Shown here: positions 42,731-52,753 of the stretch, in pieces
Layout of the letters: every line of letters starts with the position of its first letter
Numbering within the stretch: the stretch's first letter is position 1
IMG/VR virus record: IMGVR_UViG_3300031884_000002
Span: 62,001 to 126,000 of that record
Length of the DNA stretch: 64,000 nt
Strand: one strand, 5' to 3'
Made by a program: the position numbers and the translations under genes
Notes under the pieces: model-generated
What the model saw: the letters and a program-made list of their open reading frames with translations, nothing else
What the model was told of the DNA's origin: nothing
Database searches by the model: none

Positions 42731-43386
42731 ATATTTACCTCCGGTGCAATTTCTAAATATTCATAGTTAATATGGTCGGGTTCCATACGAGCAAACCTTC
42801 GATTACAATATTTACCAAAGTTCACCAATGCATCTTTTTCATGTTTTCCATGAATCAGACATGAAACTCCCTCTTGGGAGTATCCTGATATACCTCGAAC
42901 TTTAACGCTAACTTTTGCTTTAATATAGAATAACATAATTTTAATTTAAGACATTGTGGTTGATGGAATTAACTCTGCGATTTTTCTAAGATTTTCCAAA
43001 CTTACATTTTTACTGTTCCTGCCATATTCAAATGATTTCCAAATAACACTACATAATTTAGCTGATTCTACTTCATCCAACCATTCTTGTTCGGATGCGT
43101 ATAACACATAATCCACACAATAATCAGTCTTTTGACTCCAATTTTCTAATATGTATTGAGTTTCAAACACATACTGTCCCCGTGTTTCAGCCGTGAAATA
43201 TTTATTACCCACTTTGGTAACTACTACGGGAGTAAGAACTTGTGGAGAATTTCGGGCGGCATTTCCGGTATTCAATCGGAATAATTGCTGTCCTATGACT
43301 GGTTTTGGTCTCATATTTCAAAAGTATATCAGGTTATATCTGATTGTCAAGGTATTCTTTCGAATTGGTAAGTTATATTTATAAAT

Positions 43387-43989
43387 ATGATAAAAGAACA
43401 TCACATAGTTAATATGGATATGGATAAAGCTTTCGATATTTTTCAGAAAAGTTATACCAAATCAACCGGAAAAAGTTGGGATAAAGATAAGTTTATCGAT
43501 AGAGCTATAGACTGGGAGTTTTATGGTGATGATAATGGATTTGTAGCACTCCGAAAACAAAAAAGTGATTTGGTTAAATTAGTTGGTGCCGCTGGAAGTT
43601 TAAAATCTGTATATAAAGGTATGCAAGATATTAAACATTTATATAGTAGTAAAATGGTATGGGGACTCGTATCAAGAGATATTAGCAGTCAATTGGAAAA
43701 ACTTGGATTTTATGTATTTAGATTAAAAGGAGGGCTGTCTGATAAAATGATGATATTTTTTATAAAAAATACAATTCCATCATCCGTACTGGGCGGGGCA
43801 ACTATCAATGGTATTGATAAAGATGGAAGTCTTAATTTAACATATGGTGATGTGGGGTCAGTTGATAAAGTATTGATTGGAAATAAAGGATATTTTCAAT
43901 TCCTCATTAACAGTATTCAAAACAACGGCAAAATCCCAGATATGATTAAAAACAAATTAATTGCCGCAATCAATAATATAATTCAATAA
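43387..43989 (+). CDS. hypothetical protein (late-promoter class)
   Basis: ORF following TATTTATA at 43376. Confidence 0.7.
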   Translation: MIKEHHIVNMDMDKAFDIFQKSYTKSTGKSWDKDKFIDRAIDWEFYGDDNGFVALRKQKSDLVKLVGAAGSLKSVYKGMQDIKHLYSSKMVWGLVSRDISSQLEKLGFYVFRLKGGLSDKMMIFFIKNTIPSSVLGGATINGIDKDGSLNLTYGDVGSVDKVLIGNKGYFQFLINSIQNNGKIPDMIKNKLIAAINNIIQ

Positions 43990-43992
43990 TCT

Positions 43993-46614
43993 ATGATTAA
44001 GCTAATTGACCTTATAGTTGAAAGAAGAAGTCATCCCAAGTTAAATCCGAAAACCTCAGTGGCGTCTCAAATATTAGAGTTTTCAAAACAAGACGATTTG
44101 TTTGTATCATTTACTGCAATTGCCAAAATCGGAATAAATCCAAAAAGTAACTATGATACTCCTCTTGGACTGTATTGTTATCCACTTAAAACCGCATCGA
44201 ACTATTATACTAAAAATAATAAATTAGGAATTGATTTTCCATTTGCATCGGAACATCCATATCTATATGTTCTTAAAAAAAATGAAGGCATTCGAGAACT
44301 TAATATAACTACATATACCAAAGAACAAGGAAATCAAGACATAGATAAATTAATAAGTGTATATTCACATTTTTTTGAGCCGGATGCATTACAAATCCTT
44401 AAAGCTTCATGTAGTCGAAATACGAAATTTTCCAGAGAGCAGATTGGAGAGTTTTGGTATTTTTGTAAAAAACTGTCGGAAATGATTGCTCAAATTAAAA
44501 ATACAAAACCGACCATTATATGGAACATATTATTATATAAGAATCTTGGATATGATTTGGTTATAGATGAAGGAAGAGGAGTTATACATGGAAATGAAAA
44601 ATGTCAAGCATTCTTTACAAATAAAAGAGCATTCAGCGTTTATAGAGTGTTGGATAATCCATATTCCGAAGAAAAATCAGTAAGACGTAAACATATTAAT
44701 TACCAAGCATTAACTAAAAATATTAAAAATCTTAAACAATATATAGAATATAAAAAAGACGAATTAAGTTATAATGATATTACAAATATACTACACTGTG
44801 TTCAAAACTCTCCTCAAGTTGTACATTATTTAGCCGCAAATATCCCATTAACAGAATCTAATATAGATAGTCTTTTTAATAGAACTCAAGATAAACAGGG
44901 ACTTATTGATATTTTACTTAATCGAGATATTCCGCTTACAGATTATAATATAACTGTATTATTATCCAATTCTCCAGACCTAGAAAAAACGCTGGAAATA
45001 TTATTAAATAAAAATATTCAATTTGATGATGATATTGTAGAACGTCTATTGCGGGCTGCAACTGATAAAATAAAAATGGTTAATATTTTATTTGATAAAA
45101 ATATTCAATTAACTAGTAATATAGTGGGGTCGATGCTTACTATAGTTCCAGATAAGAAATATATAGTTCATATGTTATTAAATAAAGATATTCCTCTGGA
45201 TGATATTACCATTCATAATTTATTATCACACTCCCCCGATAAAAAAGATGTAGCAGAGTTTTTATTAAACGTAAAAGGAGTTTTACCAAATGCTATATTT
45301 ACTTCTGACAATATAGAATATATGTTAAAAACGGTAATGGATAAACAACAAGTTGTAGATTATTTATTAAGTAAAAATATAGAATTAGATATGGAAAGTA
45401 TAATAAAATTAATTATAAATGCTCCAAATAAACAACAGATAGGAGATTATATAACAAATAAAGATATTATATTATCACAGTATTGCATACAATCCTCAAT
45501 ATATGATTCGGATGATAAAGAATCAGTAATCAATATGTTTCTGAAATGTGGAATGCCGCAAGATAAAATATTTACAAACGATGTGATAAACCATATTATA
45601 ATCACAGCAAATAATAAAAAACATTCAATTGATTGGTTGTTAAGTCATAATATTGGATTGGATGAAAGTAATATTATTAATATTTTAAGATATTCGGTTA
45701 ATAAACAAGCATCGATTGAGTATATATTAAACAATTATGAAATGACAAAGACGGTAATAGATTATTTATTAGTAGAATCTCCCAACCAATTGGATACGCT
45801 TGATGCTTTACTTAGTAAGAATATTCAATTATCTCCAACTTCTATAAATATTATTTATCAAGCATCAAACGATAAAATAAAAACATTAGAAAATCTATTG
45901 AGTAGAAATGTTCCACTAAAACCTGATAATATATACTATCTATTACATAATTTTCCCAATTCTATGCAAATTTCAGATTATATAATAAATAATGTTACAT
46001 TGAATGGTGAAATTATAAGTTCAATAATTAAATATACTCCGAATAAACTTAAAACGATAGAGACATTACGAAATAAAGGAATTGATATAAATAAATTATC
46101 AACCCCAATAGACACAAATATATTTATAACGGCTGTAAATAAACAAGAAAACCTAGACGCATTATTAAAATCGGGAATGTCAATAAATACTATATTTAGC
46201 GATGAAAACGTAGAAGAATTATTAAATAATTCATATAATAGGGATGATTTGGTTGAATTTTTATTAAACAATAATGTACCTCTAACTTCTAACAATGTTA
46301 GTAACTTAATCAGGTATTCCTCTCATAGTCAAAAACCAAAAACAGTCTATATTTTACTTAATCGAGATATTCCACTTGAAGACCCTAAAGTTGTAAGTTA
46401 TATAGTAAACCATGCCCCAAATAAAGTAAAAACGTTAGACATGTTATTAGACAAAAATATAAAAATATCAAAAGACCAAATAGACGACTTATTTGCATAT
46501 TCGACTTGCTCAGAAACTAACGAGCTTATAAAGTATTTTAAATTTAATGATTTACCTCTTCCAACCGGATATATAGACGAACGACTCCATATATATAAAG
46601 AATATTATAGTTGA
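43993..46614 (+). CDS. 873-aa protein with an N-terminal globular domain and ~29-aa helical repeats
   Basis: Recurring LLN(K/R)(D/N)I.L...I..LL..SPDK units from about aa 260 to the end. Confidence 0.75.
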   Translation: MIKLIDLIVERRSHPKLNPKTSVASQILEFSKQDDLFVSFTAIAKIGINPKSNYDTPLGLYCYPLKTASNYYTKNNKLGIDFPFASEHPYLYVLKKNEGIRELNITTYTKEQGNQDIDKLISVYSHFFEPDALQILKASCSRNTKFSREQIGEFWYFCKKLSEMIAQIKNTKPTIIWNILLYKNLGYDLVIDEGRGVIHGNEKCQAFFTNKRAFSVYRVLDNPYSEEKSVRRKHINYQALTKNIKNLKQYIEYKKDELSYNDITNILHCVQNSPQVVHYLAANIPLTESNIDSLFNRTQDKQGLIDILLNRDIPLTDYNITVLLSNSPDLEKTLEILLNKNIQFDDDIVERLLRAATDKIKMVNILFDKNIQLTSNIVGSMLTIVPDKKYIVHMLLNKDIPLDDITIHNLLSHSPDKKDVAEFLLNVKGVLPNAIFTSDNIEYMLKTVMDKQQVVDYLLSKNIELDMESIIKLIINAPNKQQIGDYITNKDIILSQYCIQSSIYDSDDKESVINMFLKCGMPQDKIFTNDVINHIIITANNKKHSIDWLLSHNIGLDESNIINILRYSVNKQASIEYILNNYEMTKTVIDYLLVESPNQLDTLDALLSKNIQLSPTSINIIYQASNDKIKTLENLLSRNVPLKPDNIYYLLHNFPNSMQISDYIINNVTLNGEIISSIIKYTPNKLKTIETLRNKGIDINKLSTPIDTNIFITAVNKQENLDALLKSGMSINTIFSDENVEELLNNSYNRDDLVEFLLNNNVPLTSNNVSNLIRYSSHSQKPKTVYILLNRDIPLEDPKVVSYIVNHAPNKVKTLDMLLDKNIKISKDQIDDLFAYSTCSETNELIKYFKFNDLPLPTGYIDERLHIYKEYYS

Positions 46615-46659
46615 TTGTCAAGGTATTCTTTAATTGTCTCTAAGTCAACAACACCTACC

Positions 46660-47799
46660 CTAAAGGGATAGGTGCTTGAACGGCCCCGAGGAGCGGGACT
46701 TATATTCGTATGGCGTATTGACTGACGCCTGCCCATAAGTCAGATTTGTGGTCTGTGATACGGGATGTTTGGACATTTTTCCAATGTTGATAGCAGCATT
46801 GATGTCCGAGTCATATATCATTCCATTTACTTTAGAGTAAAATCTACAACCTCTTCTTTCACCTTCGACTTTACCCGTTACCGAGTCTCGTTGTGATGTA
46901 TAGGAAGGGCAAACAAACAGAACAGTTTTACCTTGGTTCTGTGCCTTATAGGTTATTACTCTACGGAGTTCAAACATTGGAACTTGTGATATACTTCTTT
47001 TATTTTGGTATTTGTGTTTCTTTCTTTTTATGCTCTTGAGGTTTTCAAGACAAATTGTATCGGCTTCCGTTCGGAGAACGGCATTGGAAATTAGATGGGT
47101 TTGGTTCTTGTTCTTGTTTCGTTCTTTTCTTCGTAACGAATAACGAAGTTTCCTACGGGCACTCTTCGTTCCCTTGGATTTGAGTTTGTCTTTCAAGTAT
47201 CTCAATCTTCGTTTTTCACCGTTGAACTTCTTATCAATAATAAGTCGCCCATCCGAACAAGCAGCACTCCTACGGATGCCGATGTCCACTCCTAATGCCA
47301 ATCGTTGTTTGAGTTTTTCAACTTTGTTTTCAAAAGAGAAAGCGATACATACTTTATCATTATCCACATATATTAGAGGGTCTTGGTATGCGTATTTTTC
47401 CATCAACTCTTTCAGTCGTGGATAGACAACAAACTTGAAGGTCTGTCGTTTTCCTGTGGTCGTGATGCGAATAGAAAACTTATCTGGGATTGAGTAAAGT
47501 CGTTTATCCAATCTCATTGAGAGGTTCTTTTTTACAATGAGAGTTTTCTTATGCTTATTGGATTTCGCAGACCGATAGGAAGCAAGAACTTCTTGTTCTG
47601 CTTTGATTATTACTTGGGATGGGATTTCTGGATTTGACTTACGAACATTTTTATACACTTTGGAGTGAAGAACTACAAGAGAGTTCTTTGTTTCTGGTAG
47701 TTGTTCCTTGGAAGCAAGGTTGAATACAAACCTTTCGTATTCAAGCAACTTTTTCAGTTCTTGACAATCTCCTAAAAGTGTGGTATTGTAACTCAACAT
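46660..47799 (-). CDS. tnpB: TnpB RNA-guided nuclease (Zn-finger-less)
   Basis: GVDIG, LENL, YTSQ and DSDINAAINI. Confidence 0.92.
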   Translation of the reverse strand: MLSYNTTLLGDCQELKKLLEYERFVFNLASKEQLPETKNSLVVLHSKVYKNVRKSNPEIPSQVIIKAEQEVLASYRSAKSNKHKKTLIVKKNLSMRLDKRLYSIPDKFSIRITTTGKRQTFKFVVYPRLKELMEKYAYQDPLIYVDNDKVCIAFSFENKVEKLKQRLALGVDIGIRRSAACSDGRLIIDKKFNGEKRRLRYLKDKLKSKGTKSARRKLRYSLRRKERNKNKNQTHLISNAVLRTEADTICLENLKSIKRKKHKYQNKRSISQVPMFELRRVITYKAQNQGKTVLFVCPSYTSQRDSVTGKVEGERRGCRFYSKVNGMIYDSDINAAINIGKMSKHPVSQTTNLTYGQASVNTPYEYKSRSSGPFKHLSL

Positions 47800-48278
47800 A
47801 GTTTTAGATTTTTGGATATTTTTTGTATTCGTGAAAGGAATTCGTTATCATCAAAATATGATTTTAACATATTACATCCCTTACAGCAAACTACACAGTT
47901 TTCTTTTGTATAACCAATTTTATTATTTTTCCTATCTAAATTATAAGCACAGGTGGCACCTACCTTTCGATATGGTTCCCATTTAACTAATTCCCCACAA
48001 TAATGACAATTGGAAATTTTTGTTAATTCAAGAAATTCATCAAAAGTTAAATCTACAATAATATTTTTCGTTCTATGTTTTTGAGAATTTAGAAGAAAAT
48101 TATATAAGGAACGAAAGGGAGGCAAATGCCGTTGTTTATTTCTCATTGTTTCTCTTGTTTTTTCGGTCAATATTTCAATTTCTCCGTTTTTATAAAGAAT
48201 ACAAAAACAATCACGACACCAATTAGACCGCACGTCTTTTTCTTTTCCACATTTACAAAAATTTCTCTTGTGTTTCAT
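47793..48278 (-). CDS. HNH-like endonuclease inside the IS
   Basis: CHYCG...LDRKNNKIGYTKENCVVCC..CN..K. Confidence 0.75.
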   Translation of the reverse strand: MKHKRNFCKCGKEKDVRSNWCRDCFCILYKNGEIEILTEKTRETMRNKQRHLPPFRSLYNFLLNSQKHRTKNIIVDLTFDEFLELTKISNCHYCGELVKWEPYRKVGATCAYNLDRKNNKIGYTKENCVVCCKGCNMLKSYFDDNEFLSRIQKISKNLKLC

Positions 48279-48302
48279 ATTAGTCTTCTATATATATACA
48301 AG

Positions 48303-48482
48303 ATGAAAACAAAAACACCAAATTATATTAAGAAATCTCAAAAAATGTGGATAGAACGAAAATTGAAAGATGGTTGGAAAAGATTCTCGGTTATTCAACC
48401 ACCCGAAATAATTGAAAAACTGAAACGATATCAAAAAGAACTATATGCCGAGTATAAAATAAATAAACTCGATTATCTTTGA
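48303..48482 (+). CDS. small basic protein
   Basis: MKTKTPNY...DGWKRFSV; this ATG is preferred over the longer ORF-track call. Confidence 0.5.
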   Translation: MKTKTPNYIKKSQKMWIERKLKDGWKRFSVIQPPEIIEKLKRYQKELYAEYKINKLDYL

Positions 48483-48514
48483 CATTTTTATTTTTCGTGT
48501 TATACTTCTCCATT

Positions 48515-48889
48515 ATGAGTGATTTCAAAGTAATAGAAAAAGCGTTTCCGAGCAGAGAACCTGAAAGTGGTATTCCACCAGAAACAAGATGGATTATTGT
48601 TGATGCCAACGACAAACTTTTGGATGATGCTGGTGGTTATGGATACAAAACCAAACAGAATGCTTTGAAAGCGGGTTGGTATAAGTTTCAAGGTGGTAAA
48701 AACAAGATTGACGAAATCAAATCGTGGTGGAAACAGAATAAAGCATTCTCACGAAGATTGAATAGATTTCAGGAAGATAACTTCAAAGAGATTGCTTACA
48801 ACCAAATCAACTTTGAAGAAGAGACAGTCAAAATTGCCAAAGAAATGAACATTGACGGGTTTGAAGTAAAGTTTTTGAAGTATTTATGA
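48515..48889 (+). CDS. hypothetical passenger protein coupled to tnpA
   Basis: Promoter at 48479-48506; LDDAGGYGYKT motif; ATGA overlap with tnpA. Confidence 0.7.
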   Translation: MSDFKVIEKAFPSREPESGIPPETRWIIVDANDKLLDDAGGYGYKTKQNALKAGWYKFQGGKNKIDEIKSWWKQNKAFSRRLNRFQEDNFKEIAYNQINFEEETVKIAKEMNIDGFEVKFLKYL

Positions 48890-49269
48890 GCCATAGCAAG
48901 TATCTGCTCCAATTCCATTTAGTTTTTTCAACTAAATATCGTAAAAAGATATTGTCGGGAGCATTGAGTGATGACTTGAAGCAGATTATGTATGATATTG
49001 CTAATGAGAAGGATATTATCATCAAAGCAATGGAGACGGACGATGACCACATACACCTAATGGTTGACTATCCTCCTACAAAGTCGGTATTAGAAATGAT
49101 GAATAACTTCAAGTCCATTTCAACATTTAGAATATACAAAAAACATAGAGCATTTCTCAAAGGGCATTATTGGAAGGAAAATACTCTATTCTCTGATGGA
49201 TACTTCGTTTGTTCCATTGGGGAAGCATCTCCAGAAACAATCAAAAAATACATACAAACTCAGGGATAA
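48886..49269 (+). CDS. tnpA: IS200-family Y1 HUH transposase
   Basis: HLVFSTKYR, DHIHL and YFVCSIG...IKKYIQTQ. Confidence 0.96.
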   Translation: MSHSKYLLQFHLVFSTKYRKKILSGALSDDLKQIMYDIANEKDIIIKAMETDDDHIHLMVDYPPTKSVLEMMNNFKSISTFRIYKKHRAFLKGHYWKENTLFSDGYFVCSIGEASPETIKKYIQTQG

Positions 49270-49938
49270 GTTATCGTTGCTCCTCCCCTACCCTAAAGGG
49301 ATAGGGGTTTCCGCAACGATAGATAATATGAAATGTACTAAAGTTTTAGGGTTGACAAATAGAAAATAATCTATAAACTGTGGCAATATGAAAGATAAAG
49401 AACCAATTTACATGAAGTATTTTACGTATAACTTTTTACTTATGTTGTTAGAAAAAGAATTGGAAGACGCACACAAGTTATATTTAAAAGCACATGATAT
49501 GATTGGAGAACTTGAAGTTAAAGAAGATTTATATGGATTTCCAGTAACTCGAACTTATGACCCTCATAAAGATAAACGAGCAAGCGACCAATTATATATA
49601 TCATTTCAAGCCAGAACAAAGGTTATAAATGATATGAAAAAACAATTAGGGTTTGCATATTCAAAAGCGGCACATCCTAATATGATTAAAGAGAAAGGAT
49701 TTTTTCCTACTTATGAATAAGCGACGAATATTTAGCGACGAATATATTGATAAAGAAATTGCTAAAATTGATGCCATACATGAACGTTCTAATGTAATTT
49801 GTAATTACCCTAACTGCTTAATAGATGGTCTTCTTTCTTTTCAGAAAAAAGAAATAGATGAATATATTAAACATAGAGTTGATGTTTCGTATGTTGATGG
49901 ATTTTGGGCTGGATGGTCTTTGAGAGACGGATATAAAT

Positions 49939-50424
49939 ATGAATAATTATAGCGATAAAATATTAGAAATAGCGACGAAAGCGCACGACGGTCAATATAG
50001 AAAATATGGATGTCGTTTACCATATATAACTCATCCGATTGCAGTTGCAAATATTTCAGAGGAAATCTTAAAAAACGAACTTAAAAGTTCAATTATGCTG
50101 GAATCTGAAATAAATGAAAATATTGAAATTATTCGCAGTATTGCATATCTTCACGATACAATTGAAGACACGAATCTTACAGAATTAGAATTGATTCGTG
50201 ATATTCAGCCGCTTACTTCACATTATCAATTTATAGTTAATAATGTAATGTATTTAACAAAATCAAATAAAGATTTTGATTTATTTATTTATTTGGATAA
50301 TATTAAATCTAACCTATTTTCCAGAATAGTTAAACTGGCGGATTTACAACATAATATGTCCGATTTGAAAGTTCAAAAGAAATTAGATTATTATAAACTT
50401 GTTAGATTTTATTTAAATAATTAA
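49939..50424 (+). CDS. HD-domain small alarmone hydrolase-like (RelA/SpoT hydrolase family)
   Basis: AHDGQYRK...PYITHP..VA, LHDTIED and VKLADLQHN. Confidence 0.85.
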   Translation: MNNYSDKILEIATKAHDGQYRKYGCRLPYITHPIAVANISEEILKNELKSSIMLESEINENIEIIRSIAYLHDTIEDTNLTELELIRDIQPLTSHYQFIVNNVMYLTKSNKDFDLFIYLDNIKSNLFSRIVKLADLQHNMSDLKVQKKLDYYKLVRFYLNN

Positions 50425-50429
50425 AATGA

Positions 50430-50681
50430 ATGTGATTAAATCCACATTTGCTTCTTTAATGACACACCAGTGATGGAGTAATATATACGATGAAGGGTGA
50501 AGTGTTAGATGATAAACAAATTATTATTTAATGACACAAATATGGTTTATATGTAAGTCCATAATTATCAAATGTGTTAGATGATAAACAAATTATTATT
50601 TAATGACACAACGTAAACGGAACCGTCAGGCGACAGCAACACCGAGTGTTAGATGATAAACAAATTATTATTTAATGACAC
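50430..50681. CRISPR. CRISPR array 2 (orphan): 3 identical 36-bp repeats plus 1 degenerate, three 36-bp spacers
   Basis: GTGTTAGATGATAAACAAATTATTATTTAATGACAC at 50502, 50574 and 50646; 23/36-identical copy at 50430. Confidence 0.93.
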
Positions 50682-51429
50682 AAAGAGAAGTGTGATTTTG
50701 ATATTGACAATCAATCAGATTAGGATATAATGTTAAACATTATGAATATACATCTCCTTATAGGACAACGAAAAGAAAAATATGACGGAGAATATGCTCC
50801 TGAAGTATTGGAAGCGATGGATGAATATGGGTATAATGAAAATCCATTTTGTTGGTTAAATGAAAAATTAAAAGAATACCAAGATACTAATGAGTTTGAA
50901 GCAGTTAAAATCATAACTATTATGGTGCCGCATTCGGAAATTATGAAACAACTAATACCAAATGACAAACCAATTACTGCGGCAATAGTTAATCCTTGAC
51001 ATTTTATAAAACTCCTATATACTTCTATTACTATGAAAAAACTAAGTGCGATTATTTACTCTATATTCTGTATAGCCGTGGCAATGGTAGGTTATAACAT
51101 TAACGTTGCGGCAAATAGTAACTGGCCATTATTCTGGTCGATTATGGATTATATTTTCACTCCTATTACTATTGCTAAATGGATGATTTGTCAACAACTC
51201 AACATATCCATAATCAAACATACCTTTGCGTTTTTCTTCAATTAAACTTCTCCTTGACTTCAATTCTATAATCACTATAATGTGGTTATGACAAAAAAAA
51301 TAAAATTAAAGTTTAAAGGAAATAGATTTTCACAAGCATTTGAGTTTTTACGCAATTCATTACAAATCCTTTTTACTGGTAAAACTTCAATTGAAGTTAA
51401 CTTAGAATTAACAAAAAATATATAATACT

Positions 51430-52704
51430 ATGAGTAACTTAATTAAAGAAGCGAGATTGATCTTTTTGGAGCAAAACGACGAAACTAATTCGTATAAATG
51501 GTGGAATGCTCAACTATATGATGATGGAAAAGTAAAAATTCAATATGCGAGGGTCGGTGCGGAGCACCCTCAAAGCGGAGAATGGGATGGTGGCGAGAAA
51601 TATTTTAACAAGAAAGTGTCTGAAAAATTAAAAAAAGGCTATGTAGAACAAAAAACCATTGGGTCGGCAACTGCTTCATCCACTCCATCAGTTACGGTGA
51701 AAAACTCCGATTTATTAGAAATTGCCAAGAAACAAATTATTAAAACTTCCAATCCAATTCTTGAGCGTTTAATTAAACGCTTGGTAGATTCTAATATTCA
51801 TAAGATTACCAGTAGCACTCAAATTACATATAATTCAACTACTGGATTATTTAGTACACCACTCGGATTAATCGATAAATATGGAATAGATGAGGCCCGT
51901 TTAATATTAGCCGACATATCAACTTTAGTAAATCAAAACAGGTTTAATAATGAATTTAATAAACTAGTATTTAAATATCTTACTATAATACCTCAAAGTT
52001 TAGGTATGAAAAAAATCCAGCCAATAACTATAATTCCTAATAATGAGGCTTTACAAGAACAATTAGACATCTTAGATTCTTTAAGTGCGTCATATCAAGC
52101 ACTTCAACCAACTTCTCAATCTTTACCGCAAAATCAGACAACAGAGGAAGTATTTAAAGTTAATTTAGATATATTAAATGATAATAATGAAAGATCTAGG
52201 CTTAATAATTTTTTTGAAAAATCAAAGAAGTCAATGCATGGATATGATAATATTAGAGTAAAGGAAATGTATAAAGTTGATATTAACACAATGACTTCAA
52301 ACTTTTTACACACTGATCCAAACATAGTGGAAACCTTCCACGGAAGTTCAATGGCAAACGTTCTTTCAATATTGAAAAGTGGATTAAAAATTAATCCTCC
52401 ATCTACAGCAGCCATAGCCGGAAAATTATTCGATAATGGAATTTATGGGTCGGTTAATAGTACAAAAAGTTTAGGATATTGTTTAAACAAATGGTCTCAA
52501 GGTGGAGTAGGTGATGCAGCATTTTTATTTATATGCTCATTCGCAATGGGTAAAACATATACCACTACGGCATATGGATGTAAACGTCCGACTAATTATG
52601 ATAGTATTTGGGCCAAGGCTTCTTCAAATAGATTGAAAAACGATGAATTAATTGTTTATTCTGAAAATAGAGTAAAAATCAATTATTTATTAGAGTGTAA
52701 ATAA
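51430..52704 (+). CDS. poly(ADP-ribose) polymerase-like protein (WGR + helical + catalytic domains)
   Basis: WGR-like YARVG; YLTIIP helical domain; FHGS, GKLFDNGIY, KSLGY and NDELIVY (H-Y-E triad). Confidence 0.88.
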   Translation: MSNLIKEARLIFLEQNDETNSYKWWNAQLYDDGKVKIQYARVGAEHPQSGEWDGGEKYFNKKVSEKLKKGYVEQKTIGSATASSTPSVTVKNSDLLEIAKKQIIKTSNPILERLIKRLVDSNIHKITSSTQITYNSTTGLFSTPLGLIDKYGIDEARLILADISTLVNQNRFNNEFNKLVFKYLTIIPQSLGMKKIQPITIIPNNEALQEQLDILDSLSASYQALQPTSQSLPQNQTTEEVFKVNLDILNDNNERSRLNNFFEKSKKSMHGYDNIRVKEMYKVDINTMTSNFLHTDPNIVETFHGSSMANVLSILKSGLKINPPSTAAIAGKLFDNGIYGSVNSTKSLGYCLNKWSQGGVGDAAFLFICSFAMGKTYTTTAYGCKRPTNYDSIWAKASSNRLKNDELIVYSENRVKINYLLECK

Positions 52705-52753
52705 TTAGAATTATTCGTCAAGTGTTAGATATTTATAGTTAGAATATTAACCA

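Larger units (their letters stand above)
43341..46631. repeat. 20-bp direct repeat bracketing a two-gene plus-strand cassette
   Basis: tgattgtcaaggtattcttt at 43341-43360 and 46612-46631. Confidence 0.85.
46644..49327 (-). mobile_element. IS200/IS605-family element with divergent tnpA/tnpB and three passenger ORFs
   Basis: Matching subterminal hairpins (core cctaccctaaagggatagg) near 46653 and 49287. On the minus strand the right end reads CAAG..TGAC, and the left end has GAAA with TCAT 20 nt upstream of the hairpin. Confidence 0.85.

Noticed and set aside
46660-50681. TnpB at 46660 as the effector for CRISPR array 2
   Set aside because: It lies inside an intact IS with its own right-end RNA scaffold, about 2.6 kb and several genes away. 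No clear repeat-scaffold complementarity was found.
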